A DNA stretch of 64,000 nt. It comes from a candidate division WOR-3 bacterium (GTDB taxonomy: Bacteria > Hydrothermota > Tepidihabitantia > SM23-42 > JAOAFX01). Of this stretch, positions 27,559 to 37,200 are shown in pieces. Position 1 is the stretch's first letter. Each line of letters opens with the position of its first letter. The translations under genes and the position numbers were made by a program. The stretch spans positions 1-64,000 of the forward strand of contig JBDRWI010000001.1 in the NCBI GenBank assembly GCA_039802265.1, in the 5' to 3' direction. A model generated the notes under the pieces. It was not told the DNA's origin. It saw only the letters and a list, made by a program, of their open reading frames with translations, and searched no databases.

Positions 27559-29097
27559 ATGAACCACCGAATTCCCATAATGCCAATAATCGTCCTATTC
27601 TTAGATACCTTGGGGTTTTCGCCACCAATCTGGCCAAACTGGAAGTATGATCGACAATTGACTGGAAGATGCCCATACATCGGACCGGAGCAGCCGGAAA
27701 TTGATTGGGTCTTTGATACCCAGGATACATTTCGGTTCACTTCGGCCTCGGTAGTAATCAGTGGGGATAGTACAATATACTTCTGCAGTCCTGATAGTTT
27801 CCTCTTTGCGGTCAAACCCAATGGTGTCTTGAAGTGGCGATTCAAAACCCGTGGGCGCCCTTATTTTCCAGCAATTGATGAGTCAGGTAGAATTTACTGC
27901 AGTGTTGCCGGCGATAGTATCTATCTCTTGACACTGGATGATTCCATTACTTACGCGAAGTTTGTCTGGTCCTGGAGCATGCCTAATAATAATAATCTTG
28001 TCGCCCTTCCCCCAATTAATATTGGTGTAGATAAAACCACCTATATGTCCGCGGATTCTATGCGTGCCATTGATAGTGCCGGAAATATAAAATGGACATG
28101 TCACCGTGGGATGACCTCGGCTTATCCACCCGCCCTATCTCATGATGGTTCAAAATTATTTTATGAATGGTGTTATGACCAGTGGACAAACACGCTTGCC
28201 AGTCGTGATACGAGCGGCGCTTTAAACTGGTATCGGGTTATCGGCCCAGCTCCGATGTCCTTAGCCTGGGGGAGTCCGGCAATTGGTAGAGATAGTGCTA
28301 TCTATTTTTCAACTGCTGATGGTAGATTACTTGGATTGTGGCCAAACAATACTGATAAATGGGCACCCCAAAATAACCTGGGTGCCTTGAACTTTATGAC
28401 GGTTTCTCTTGGAAGTAATGATACCCTGTGGCTTATGAACTATGGGAAAAGGCCAACTTATCGTAAATTCTCTCCGGACAACGGTATAATTACCTTTATT
28501 GACTCAGTCACCACCCTGCCCAGTGTGTACAACTTTTTTAACTCTTATATAATTGATAGTCTGGGACAGGCATATATTGTTCTAAGGGATTCGCAAACCA
28601 CTTCAAGTATCTTATACGCATTCAACGCTGATGGCACTGTCAAGTGGTCCATACCTCTTACTGGTTCATCATTTACACCAAGGAGTTTTCCGGCAATCGG
28701 ACCAAACCACAAAATATATGTGTGTGCAGGCACTAAATTATTTGCCATCAGAGATGGAAGCAATATTGCTGAGTCTAAAAAGGAAAGAAAAAAACCCTTC
28801 TTTTTTGATGTCTATCCCAATCCCTTCACAAGGCATTGCGTGATCGAATTCCAAATCCCGAGCCGTCACTCAGATTGGCGGGTCAAGTCCCGGTCCGAAG
28901 TTTCTTTAATAATTTATGATATCTCTGGTAGGGTTGTGAAATCGTTTAATTCAACAATAAGCACCAAGAATCAAATATCAAAAATCCATTGGTTTGGTAA
29001 TGACGATTCAGGTCGCAAACTCCCACCCGGTGCATATTTCTTGGTTATTAAGACATTTGAATTTGTTGTAGAAAAAAAGGTCGTTAAGGCAAATTAG
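27559..29097 (+). CDS. secreted PQQ-like beta-propeller protein with T9SS/FlgD-like C-terminal domain
   Basis: Repeats LFAVKPNGVLKW, AIDSAGNIKW and LYAFNADGTVKW; C-terminal VYPNPF...IYDISGR...WFGNDDSGRKLPPGAYF. Confidence 0.85.
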   Translation: MNHRIPIMPIIVLFLDTLGFSPPIWPNWKYDRQLTGRCPYIGPEQPEIDWVFDTQDTFRFTSASVVISGDSTIYFCSPDSFLFAVKPNGVLKWRFKTRGRPYFPAIDESGRIYCSVAGDSIYLLTLDDSITYAKFVWSWSMPNNNNLVALPPINIGVDKTTYMSADSMRAIDSAGNIKWTCHRGMTSAYPPALSHDGSKLFYEWCYDQWTNTLASRDTSGALNWYRVIGPAPMSLAWGSPAIGRDSAIYFSTADGRLLGLWPNNTDKWAPQNNLGALNFMTVSLGSNDTLWLMNYGKRPTYRKFSPDNGIITFIDSVTTLPSVYNFFNSYIIDSLGQAYIVLRDSQTTSSILYAFNADGTVKWSIPLTGSSFTPRSFPAIGPNHKIYVCAGTKLFAIRDGSNIAESKKERKKPFFFDVYPNPFTRHCVIEFQIPSRHSDWRVKSRSEVSLIIYDISGRVVKSFNSTISTKNQISKIHWFGNDDSGRKLPPGAYFLVIKTFEFVVEKKVVKAN

Positions 29098-29171
29098 TAT
29101 TTACTTATTTTCAAGTTTTCTTCATTTTTGCCGGAATATATTATTGGATCTTAATTACCGCTTGACAAATA

Positions 29172-29825
29172 CTACAGTTCAAACTTGGAATTTTTATTCA
29201 TTAGTGAAAATGGAACATTACCCTTTATATATCTCTTGAACTTTCTCAGTGCCTTTGCCCGGTGGCTGATACGATTCTTTATTTTAAAGCCGAGCTCGGC
29301 AAAGGTTTTATTAAAACCTTTAGGAATGAATATCGGGTCGTAACCAAATCCATCCTTTCCTTTTGGTTCATATGCAATTCTTCCAATACACTCACCGGTA
29401 AAGACCTCATACCTTCCTGGCGCATAATAATATACGAAAACTACCTTGAATCTTGCCTGTCTGTTCTTTTTATTACCCAACTCGTTCAGAATTCTTTCAA
29501 TCCGTTCCTGGTCGGTCTTACCATACCTTGAAGAATAAATTCCCGGTGCTCCATTTAGTTTATCAATGAATAATCCAGAATCTTCAGCCAGACAGGGTTT
29601 CTTGATAATCTTATAAAAGAATTGTGCCTTTAAAAGACTATTTTCCAAAAGTGTCCTTCCAGTTTCGGCAATTCTGAGCTTAAAGGAATCGCTCAGTGTG
29701 AGACATTTAAAATCCTTACCCAGAATAGCTTTTATCTCTTCAATTTTGTGTTTGTTTCGGGTGGCAAGGAGAACAGTAAAGGGGGGCTTGCGCTGACAAG
29801 CTCCCCCTTTATTTTTTGGTTGCAT
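29172..29825 (-). CDS. rdgB: non-canonical purine NTP pyrophosphatase (RdgB/HAM1)
   Basis: ATRNKHKIEE, EDSGL, APGIYSSRY, GFGYDPIF and KNRISHR motifs. Start uncertain (ATG 29825). Confidence 0.92.
   Translation of the reverse strand: MQPKNKGGACQRKPPFTVLLATRNKHKIEEIKAILGKDFKCLTLSDSFKLRIAETGRTLLENSLLKAQFFYKIIKKPCLAEDSGLFIDKLNGAPGIYSSRYGKTDQERIERILNELGNKKNRQARFKVVFVYYYAPGRYEVFTGECIGRIAYEPKGKDGFGYDPIFIPKGFNKTFAELGFKIKNRISHRAKALRKFKRYIKGNVPFSLMNKNSKFEL
29777..29817. terminator. GC-rich terminator-like hairpin inside the 5' end of rdgB
   Basis: TAAAGGGGGGCTTG-cgctga-CAAGCTCCCCCTTTA-TTTTTT on the + strand. Confidence 0.55.
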
Positions 29826-29833
29826 AATAGAAT

Positions 29834-30475
29834 TTATGGACTTATCATCGTCTCTACCACAAATGCCCCACGATAACCCAGACTCAATGCCCGATTCTTC
29901 AAGGTTTCTGCCTCTTCTTTGGTTAAACAATCACCAACCCGAACTTTATAATATGGAGGAACATACTCTATATATACCTTACCCCCAAAAGCGGAACGGG
30001 CATCATCGGCAACCCTGGAGGCATTCTTCTGGGTTGAAGATGCAAATATCTGAACCCGAAAACCATAGATGTTACCCGGGGGAGCACTGGGAGCTACAGT
30101 TGGAGCTGGAGGTGGGGTCGGTGCTGACGGCACAGTTGGTGCTGGTGGAATTGGTGGTGGGGCAACAGAAACCTCTTCAATAGGTGGTAGCACCGGTGCC
30201 TCTTCAACAACCGGCGGCGGAGGAATCACCGGCGCCTCTTCGGTTACCGGCGGGAGCACTGGTATCTCTTCCGCTGGTGGTGGGGTAGTGGGTGTTACCT
30301 CAGCAGGTGGTGTGGTCGGTGCTGGAAAGACCGGCTCTTCGGAAACATTCTTTTCTTCTTCGCCAAATACAATTACCTCTTCAAGCCCTTCAGTCTTTAC
30401 CACGGTCTTCTTGGGTGCACAGAATAGAAAGAAAAGTATGCACCCCATTACTATTATCTTGCTGAAATTAGACAT
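29834..30475 (-). CDS. SPOR domain lipoprotein with Pro/Glu-rich linker
   Basis: Lipobox-like FLFC, long PPxEE linker, and GFRVQIFA...YKVRVGD...GAFVV. Confidence 0.88.
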   Translation of the reverse strand: MSNFSKIIVMGCILFFLFCAPKKTVVKTEGLEEVIVFGEEEKNVSEEPVFPAPTTPPAEVTPTTPPPAEEIPVLPPVTEEAPVIPPPPVVEEAPVLPPIEEVSVAPPPIPPAPTVPSAPTPPPAPTVAPSAPPGNIYGFRVQIFASSTQKNASRVADDARSAFGGKVYIEYVPPYYKVRVGDCLTKEEAETLKNRALSLGYRGAFVVETMISP

Positions 30476-30556
30476 AAAACCTCCTTTCCCCTGTCTCTTC
30501 TAAAATTTCTTAGAAGAAACCTAAGGCTTTTGCATAATATGCCACAAATCTCCCCT

Positions 30557-31576
30557 TTAACCCTTTATTCTTAACAAATTCTTCAGGTCCGACGCCCGCT
30601 CCTTTTTACAGACCAGGACCCCTTTGGGGCAGGCAACAACCACCAGTTTTTTTATTCCATAAACCTTCACCGGTATATTATAAGAATACACAATTGAATC
30701 CCTGCTGTCAAGACCCAATGCATCACCGATAAAGATATTTTTAAAACAGTCGCCCTTAAAATATCGTTCCAGTGCCAACCAGGAACCCACATCATCCCAG
30801 CTAAAATCTGCCTTTATAACGCAGAATCTCGCTGCCTTCTCCATTACTCCGTAGTCAATGGAGATCTCCCTGATTTCTTCAAAATGTCTTCTTTCGCCGG
30901 TTAGTAGATAGCTCTTTACCCTTTTAGAGACGTCAGGAATGTGATATTCCATCTCCCTGATTATATCAGTTATCTTAAATGTAAATATCCCGCTATTCCA
31001 GAGAAAGGTCTTCTTTCTTAAATATACCTTTGCCCGACGCCGGTCAGGTTTTTCGGTAAACCCCTTCCCCTCACAGGCAACTATCCCGGATTTATGTTTC
31101 TTTAATACTTCACCAATTTTTATGTAACCATACCCGGTCTCTGGTCGGGTCGGATTTATCCCGTAGGTGACGAGATAACCATTCTGAGCAAGATACTCAC
31201 CGAATTTTAGATGGGTAAGGAATCTTCTTTTATCCCGAATAAGATGGTCAGCAGGCATAATGTGCATAATTCCATCGCCATATTCTTCTTTCAACTTCAT
31301 TGCCACCAGACAGATCGCCGGTGCCGTATTCCTGCGCACCGGTTCAATCACAATTTGCCCTTTTCTTACGAAATTTTTTGTTATACAGCTAAGTTCTTCA
31401 GGAATTATCAAGATTGTCTCTTCTTCTTTGAAAAAATCTGCAATACGGTCAATGGTTTGCACAATCAATGGTTTTTTATTAAAGATAGAAAGAAACTGCT
31501 TGGGAAAATCGGGTTGACTCAGGGGCCAGAAGCGTTCGCCCTGACCCCCAGCGAGGATTACGGCAAAGTGTTTAAT
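30557..31576 (-). CDS. manC: mannose-1-phosphate guanylyltransferase
   Basis: In-frame AVILAGGQGERFWPLS..PKQF lies upstream of the ORF-track start; also EPVRRNTAPA, PADH, EKP, WNSG and WDDVGSW. Inferred ATT start at 31576. Confidence 0.9.
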   Translation of the reverse strand: MKHFAVILAGGQGERFWPLSQPDFPKQFLSIFNKKPLIVQTIDRIADFFKEEETILIIPEELSCITKNFVRKGQIVIEPVRRNTAPAICLVAMKLKEEYGDGIMHIMPADHLIRDKRRFLTHLKFGEYLAQNGYLVTYGINPTRPETGYGYIKIGEVLKKHKSGIVACEGKGFTEKPDRRRAKVYLRKKTFLWNSGIFTFKITDIIREMEYHIPDVSKRVKSYLLTGERRHFEEIREISIDYGVMEKAARFCVIKADFSWDDVGSWLALERYFKGDCFKNIFIGDALGLDSRDSIVYSYNIPVKVYGIKKLVVVACPKGVLVCKKERASDLKNLLRIKG

Positions 31577-32276
31577 AACTTACCCCCACAATCTTAAAGA
31601 TTACAGTCCCGAACTTAAGATGTGTCTTGATCTGAAGGGGCAGCCGGTTTGAATCGGTACTATACCAGATTTCCATTGAACCACTTGAACCCAAAACTCC
31701 TTTTGCCTTTGTCCTTAGTTTCAGCTTCGTTGCCAAAAAATTGCCCAACTTCGTCTTGAGGTTTATCTTTCTGTCAATTATGCATTGCACATCATTATTA
31801 TCCTCCCCCTCGTAGATTATTACATTGGAAGTATCACCTTCAATTAAAGGAATTGTCCTTAAATAATACCAGTAACTCAAAAGGTCCCTTGCCGGATAAA
31901 GCAGTGTGTCTTTTAATGAACCACCCTCATAGACCAATAGATTACGGTGGTCAAATTCAAGGCGGGTCAAGTTGGTGTATTTTCCCTCGTGGACACCCTT
32001 TTTATAGACGACCGGTAAAAAACTATCAATCGTTGTCCAGACCTCAATTGTATCATTGAGCGAAAATATAAATCCAAGTTCAGGATTGGAATTAAGGCGT
32101 GAAGAAAGCACATAGCATTTCTTACCAGCATAGTTTATTGTATCCAAAACCTCAAGTACCATACTGCCCAGTTCTAAGAAGCCATACTGTGCCTTGTATT
32201 CAATGCGCTCCCCCACTCTCATACCAAAAACAATGGAAGTCAAAATGAAGACACCGCCAAGGATTCTTCGGGACAT
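31572..32276 (-). CDS. DUF3108-like exported protein
   Basis: Signal peptide; GERIEY, DLLSYWYYLR and IWYSTDSNRLPLQI motifs. Confidence 0.7.
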   Translation of the reverse strand: MSRRILGGVFILTSIVFGMRVGERIEYKAQYGFLELGSMVLEVLDTINYAGKKCYVLSSRLNSNPELGFIFSLNDTIEVWTTIDSFLPVVYKKGVHEGKYTNLTRLEFDHRNLLVYEGGSLKDTLLYPARDLLSYWYYLRTIPLIEGDTSNVIIYEGEDNNDVQCIIDRKINLKTKLGNFLATKLKLRTKAKGVLGSSGSMEIWYSTDSNRLPLQIKTHLKFGTVIFKIVGVSY

Positions 32277-32281
32277 CGTAT

Positions 32282-33190
32282 TTATTGAACTACTAATTTA
32301 TTGAGCCGCTCGATCCGTTTATCAAGAGGTGGATGGGTCGCAAAGAGACCGGAGATATTAAACCGATCCTTGCCAAAAGGACTGGCAATGAAGAGATGGG
32401 CATTGGACTGAGATGCCCGCGCCATCGGTTGGTAGGCATCTTTAAGTTTTTTCAAAGCCTGCGCCAGGCCTTGAGGATACCGCGTAATAAAGGCACCTGA
32501 GGCATCGGCAAGATATTCGCGCTGACGGGATATTGCTGCCCTGATTAAGGCAACAAATAAAGGTGCGATAATGGCAAGGACGAGACCAACAAGCAGAAGG
32601 ATCAGACCGGCTCGACCACCGCGGCGGCCGTCTCTCCTCCCCCGTCCCCAGAACATACCCCTTAAAAAGAAATCCCTCAGGAGAATAATCAGACCACCAA
32701 TTGCCGCCACCACCGTCATTAAGAGGATATCATAATTTCTGATGTGCGCCATTTCATGGGCTATCACACCCTGTAGTTCTTCGCGGTTCATAATTTCAAG
32801 CAATCCGGTCGTCACCGCAATTGATGCATTCTGCGGATTTCTTCCAGTAGCAAAGGCATTGGGTGCCGGGGTGGGGGTGATATAAACTTTGGGTTTTGGC
32901 ACACCCGCCGCAATCGCTACTTCCTCAACCACATTGTGGAGTTGTTTGAACTCTTCCGGGTCTGCCGGAACCGAGCCGGTGGCTGCAATAGCAATCTTGT
33001 CCGAATTGTAGTAGAGAACAAAATTGTATATAATGATAAAAAGTGCAAAGAAGACATAACCGGCTGTCCCCCAGTCCAATAACTCCACAACGATATATCC
33101 CAGAATCCCTAAGAATATACTGGTGATCAGAATAAACAAAAAGGTCTTCCGCTTATTTGCCGCAATCAGGTCGTAGAGTGTCTCTTTCAT
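32282..33190 (-). CDS. htpX: M48 zinc metalloprotease HtpX
   Basis: PNAFATG, HEMAH, SRQREYLAD and THPP motifs. Confidence 0.93.
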   Translation of the reverse strand: MKETLYDLIAANKRKTFLFILITSIFLGILGYIVVELLDWGTAGYVFFALFIIIYNFVLYYNSDKIAIAATGSVPADPEEFKQLHNVVEEVAIAAGVPKPKVYITPTPAPNAFATGRNPQNASIAVTTGLLEIMNREELQGVIAHEMAHIRNYDILLMTVVAAIGGLIILLRDFFLRGMFWGRGRRDGRRGGRAGLILLLVGLVLAIIAPLFVALIRAAISRQREYLADASGAFITRYPQGLAQALKKLKDAYQPMARASQSNAHLFIASPFGKDRFNISGLFATHPPLDKRIERLNKLVVQ

Positions 33191-33202
33191 TTTGTGAAGA
33201 TA

Positions 33203-33751
33203 TTAGAACTTTACCCGAACCGCCTCTCGCTCTTCAGCGGGTGCCTCAAAGAATTCCCTTGGTTTAAAATTGAACATTGAGGCAATTATCGTCTGCGGGA
33301 ATTTCTGAATTGTTGCATTATAGTCCATAACTACATCGTTATAGAACTGACGGGCAAATGCAATCTTATTCTCGGTTGCCGAAAGTTCCTCCTGTAATCG
33401 CATAAAGTTTTCATTCGCCTTTAACTGCGGATAGTTTTCTGCCACGGCAAATAGTGTCTTTAGTGTGGCAGTCAACATATTATTTGCCTCGGCTGCCTCT
33501 TTGGGGCTGGCCGCTCCCATTGCCCGGGAACGTAGTTCAGCCACCTTCTCTAAAACTTCTCTTTCGTGTGCTGCATAACCCTTTACCGTTTCAACCAGAT
33601 TAGGAATCAGGTCATAACGGCGTTTCAACTGAACATCAATCTGTGCCCAGCCATTATCTACTCTGGTTCTCTTCACAACCAAACCATTGTAGATTGCAAT
33701 AATCCAGAAAACCAAGAGAATAATTATTATAAGTAAAATAATGCCGCCCAT
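33203..33751 (-). CDS. lemA: LemA family protein
   Basis: [16 protein letters not shown] and AENYPQLKA motifs; promoter TTGACA-N16-TAAAAT at 33798-33771. Confidence 0.96.
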   Translation of the reverse strand: MGGIILLIIIILLVFWIIAIYNGLVVKRTRVDNGWAQIDVQLKRRYDLIPNLVETVKGYAAHEREVLEKVAELRSRAMGAASPKEAAEANNMLTATLKTLFAVAENYPQLKANENFMRLQEELSATENKIAFARQFYNDVVMDYNATIQKFPQTIIASMFNFKPREFFEAPAEEREAVRVKF

Positions 33752-33809
33752 TTGTCCTCCAATTTTTCCTATTTTATACGAAAAAGAGAGAATGTCAATA
33801 TCAATTACT

Positions 33810-35174
33810 CTATCTTATCGGCAGAAGTTTACCGGTCCTTCTTCCTGCCCAGGCACCCGCATAATTCAGATTTGAATAAAAGGCTATGGAACTCGCTATC
33901 GGATCCCGTGTGCGTAGATAAGTTACTATTGCCTTATGTAATATCTCATCCCAGGAGTAAACCTGACGATGGATATCTTGCATAATAGAAGTCAAATCCT
34001 TACTACTTATCTTCCTTGGTTTATAGGTCAGCTCTGCCACATCAAAATGGTCCCAGTCTCTGGGGTAATCAGTGTAAAGTAAACGGCCTTCTTTATAAAG
34101 ACGTTCAAACAGACGCGTTCCGGGCAGAGGTGTAAGATAGGTTATCTGCATTACATCTATATCACTTTCAAGCAGATAACGGGCACGCCGGTAAATTATA
34201 TCCTCTGTATCGCTATCAAAACCAAATATGAAACTACCGACAATGGCAATCCCTGCACGGTGAATACGGTCAAATGCCTTTTTATAAAAATCTATCCCCC
34301 TTTTTAGATTCAATCTCTTATTTGCCTCAATGAGTGCCTCTGTTTCCCTGGCTTCCAAACCCATAATCACCATCTTACACCCGGATCTTGAAGCCCAATA
34401 AAGAACCTCTTCATCATCGGCAAAATTCAAAGATGCCTGACAGATCCACCACTTATTCAATTTACGATTTACCATTTCTTTAAAGATTGCGATTGCCTCA
34501 TCTCGGGAATCCGAACCGTATCCAATGATATTGTCATCAATAAAAAAAATAAATCTCTTTTTTATGTTTATAAGCTCGTCGATAACTTTATCCAAGGGAC
34601 GACGGCGATATTTTTTACCATAGTAAGCAGGAACGGAACAGAAGTCACAATCCATCGGACATCCCCTTGAAGTCTGTACTGAACCGAAGAGATAATCTTT
34701 ATGAAAGAGGTCATGTCGGGGATGAGGAATATCCCTTCCATCAATCAACTCACCATGATAAATCCCTTTAACCCCACCGCCTTTAAAATCGTAAATGATT
34801 TTATTCCAAATTGATTCAACCTCGCCTATTACCACTGCATCAACATATCTCAATGCCTCTTCAGGACAGATTGTAGCATGCATACCACCCATCACTACCG
34901 GCACGCTCCGTTGCCGATAGATTGCGGAAATTTCATAGGCGCGATTGGCTGAGGCGGTATAGGCAGTAATTCCAACCAAATCTGCATCTTCAAAGAAAAA
35001 AGGATTGAAATTTTCATCAATCAATTTTATCTCCCAATCGTCAGGAGTTAATGCCGCAATTATACCCAGTGCCAGCGGCGGAAATCGTGAGGTAAGATTG
35101 GCAGTAAAACCACGCCGCTTAGGATTTACCGGATTAATCAAAACCAATCTGTGTCTTTTGGGGAGCATCTTCAA
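33810..35174 (-). CDS. B12-binding domain radical SAM protein
   Basis: [13 protein letters not shown] and [11 protein letters not shown] motifs; promoter at 35211-35184. Confidence 0.9.
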   Translation of the reverse strand: MKMLPKRHRLVLINPVNPKRRGFTANLTSRFPPLALGIIAALTPDDWEIKLIDENFNPFFFEDADLVGITAYTASANRAYEISAIYRQRSVPVVMGGMHATICPEEALRYVDAVVIGEVESIWNKIIYDFKGGGVKGIYHGELIDGRDIPHPRHDLFHKDYLFGSVQTSRGCPMDCDFCSVPAYYGKKYRRRPLDKVIDELINIKKRFIFFIDDNIIGYGSDSRDEAIAIFKEMVNRKLNKWWICQASLNFADDEEVLYWASRSGCKMVIMGLEARETEALIEANKRLNLKRGIDFYKKAFDRIHRAGIAIVGSFIFGFDSDTEDIIYRRARYLLESDIDVMQITYLTPLPGTRLFERLYKEGRLLYTDYPRDWDHFDVAELTYKPRKISSKDLTSIMQDIHRQVYSWDEILHKAIVTYLRTRDPIASSIAFYSNLNYAGAWAGRRTGKLLPIR

Positions 35175-35183
35175 AACCCGTCA

Positions 35184-35245
35184 ATTATAATATTAATCTT
35201 ATTAATGTCAATAAGCCTTGATTCCTTTTAAAAATAGAGTATAAT
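35184..35245. promoter_or_regulatory. divergent promoters, both with 16-bp spacer
   Basis: Minus: TTGACA-N16-TATAAT. Plus: TTGATT-N16-TATAAT, 7 nt before ATG 35253. Confidence 0.75.
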
Positions 35246-35252
35246 CTACCGA

Positions 35253-36170
35253 ATGAAAGAAAAGAACCAAAATGCATACCAAAAAATCAGCTCCCGCCGG
35301 ATTATGTTCGTAATTATCTTAAACTTTCTCATTACGGCAACTGAGATTGCAGGTGGTTTAATTGCCCACAGTTTATCTTTACTATCGGATGCCCTCCATA
35401 ACCTCACTGATGGATTTGCAATTTTAACGAGTTTTTTTGCCCTGCGTCTTGGTCAGCGTAGAAGTACAACCCAAATGACCTTCGGTTTTAAACGGGCAGA
35501 AATCCTTGCTGCCCTGTTCAATTCTTCAATTTTGATTATCATAATCTTCTTTCTTTTGAAAGAAGCAGCATCACGCCTATTTTCACCCCATATTATCAAT
35601 AGCAATCTGATGCTTACTGTCGCAATAGTTGGTCTGCTCGCCAATCTGGTGGGAGTCACCCTGTTAAAGAAGGACGCCGACCATAACCTGAATATCAAAT
35701 CTGCCTATCTCCACCTTTTTGCTGATTCATTATCTTCCATCGGGATTGTTATTGGAGGCCTTCTCATTAAATTCTTTAATATCTATATCATTGACCCGAT
35801 TTTGACAGTGGTTATAAGTATTTATATACTCCGCGAGAGTTATTTTATTTTCCGTAATACTATAAATATCCTTATGCAATCAACACCTGATGGAATTGAT
35901 ATAAGAGAAATAAAGAGCGCGATTGAAAGTATTCCTGAGGTTCACAATCTCCACCATGTCCATGTCTGGCAGATGACGGATAGAGATATACACTTTGAGG
36001 GTCATATTGATATCTGCAATGATCTACGTACCAGCGAAGTCGCCGATATTATAAAAAAAATTGAAGAAATCCTTCTCAGTAAGTTTAATATCACCCATAC
36101 AACAATCCAGGTAGAATTCGGTACCTGTTCTGATAAAGAGGTCATAAGGAAATGTGATTTAAAAGTATAA
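35253..36170 (+). CDS. cation diffusion facilitator (CzcD/ZitB-like Zn/Co/Cd exporter)
   Basis: SLSLLSDALHNLTD, AYLHLFAD and HHVHVW motifs. Confidence 0.93.
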   Translation: MKEKNQNAYQKISSRRIMFVIILNFLITATEIAGGLIAHSLSLLSDALHNLTDGFAILTSFFALRLGQRRSTTQMTFGFKRAEILAALFNSSILIIIIFFLLKEAASRLFSPHIINSNLMLTVAIVGLLANLVGVTLLKKDADHNLNIKSAYLHLFADSLSSIGIVIGGLLIKFFNIYIIDPILTVVISIYILRESYFIFRNTINILMQSTPDGIDIREIKSAIESIPEVHNLHHVHVWQMTDRDIHFEGHIDICNDLRTSEVADIIKKIEEILLSKFNITHTTIQVEFGTCSDKEVIRKCDLKV

Positions 36171-36180
36171 GAATCCATCC

Positions 36181-36208
36181 TTGACTTTAGCAAATTTTGG
36201 AGTATAGT
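36181..36208 (+). promoter_or_regulatory. promoter TTGACT-N16-TATAGT for the acyl-CoA operon
   Basis: Near-consensus hexamers followed by a ~120-nt leader. Confidence 0.7.
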
Positions 36209-36332
36209 TAAAGGTGATGGGTTTTGAAAAACACATTAGGATTCTTCACCCTGAGATCGATAACAAACATTAATATTGGGGTGAGGAAATTTGGTCTTGG
36301 GAATATTTCCTGAGGAATCCTTTGGAGGTAAT

Positions 36333-37187
36333 ATGAATTATAAAAATATCAACATAGAAATTGATGGTAAGATTGCGGTCTTGAAGGTTGTTAGACCCGC
36401 AGTCTTGAATGCCGTGGATATAGAAACAATACTGGAGATTGAAACGGCAATGCAGGAAATGAACAGGAATAGAGACATTCGGGTAATCATCATAACCGGT
36501 GAGGGAAAATCGTTTGTCTCGGGCTCGGATATTTCACGCCTGGCACAGATGGATTCACTGATGGCAAGGGAATACAGTCAAATCGGACAGCGGGTTTTGA
36601 ATTTTATTGAAAACATGGAAAAACCGGTAATTGCGGCAATAAATGGATTTGCCCTCGGTTCAGGTTGTGAAATTGCAATGGCTTGTGATATTAGAATTGC
36701 CTCGGAAAGAGCAAAATTGGGTCAACCCGAGGTAAAATTGGGGCTTATCCCCGGACATGCCGGAACCCAGCGACTGGCAAGGCTTGTAGGAATTGGTAGG
36801 GCAAAAGAATTAATCTTTACCGGCGAGATGATCGATGCCCAGGAGGCTTACCGAATTGGGTTGGTAAATAAAGTCGTTCCTGCGGTATCATATGAGGAAT
36901 TTGTTAAAGATGGTATTGATGAGAAAGAGGCCAAAAAAAGGGCTGATGCTGAATCAAACGCCCGACTTTTGGCTGAAGCAAAAAACCTGGCAAGAAAGAT
37001 TATTGAAAATGCTGGCCTAAATGCAGTAAAGATTGCAAAAACCGTAATCAATCGTGGAATTGATGCCAATCTCCAGACCGCAAACTCCTATGAAACAGAG
37101 GCATTCAGCATTCTCTTTTCCACTGAAGAGGCAAAGGAAGGTATGCGGGCATTTTTGGAAAAGAGAAAACCCAGATGGGAAGAATGA
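36333..37187 (+). CDS. enoyl-CoA hydratase (crotonase)
   Basis: FVSGSDI, AINGFALGSGCE and GQPEVKLG motifs; GGAGG SD before ATG 36333. Confidence 0.93.
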   Translation: MNYKNINIEIDGKIAVLKVVRPAVLNAVDIETILEIETAMQEMNRNRDIRVIIITGEGKSFVSGSDISRLAQMDSLMAREYSQIGQRVLNFIENMEKPVIAAINGFALGSGCEIAMACDIRIASERAKLGQPEVKLGLIPGHAGTQRLARLVGIGRAKELIFTGEMIDAQEAYRIGLVNKVVPAVSYEEFVKDGIDEKEAKKRADAESNARLLAEAKNLARKIIENAGLNAVKIAKTVINRGIDANLQTANSYETEAFSILFSTEEAKEGMRAFLEKRKPRWEE

Positions 37188-37200
37188 TTAGGAGGTTTTA

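Noticed and set aside
30069..30503. Gly-rich 144-aa ORF on the + strand
   Set aside because: It is the antisense shadow of the Pro-rich linker of the SPOR gene.
36211..36250. Fluoride riboswitch (GGTGATGG start, next to an ion exporter)
   Set aside because: The rest of the crcB consensus is missing, and the downstream genes are acyl-CoA enzymes.
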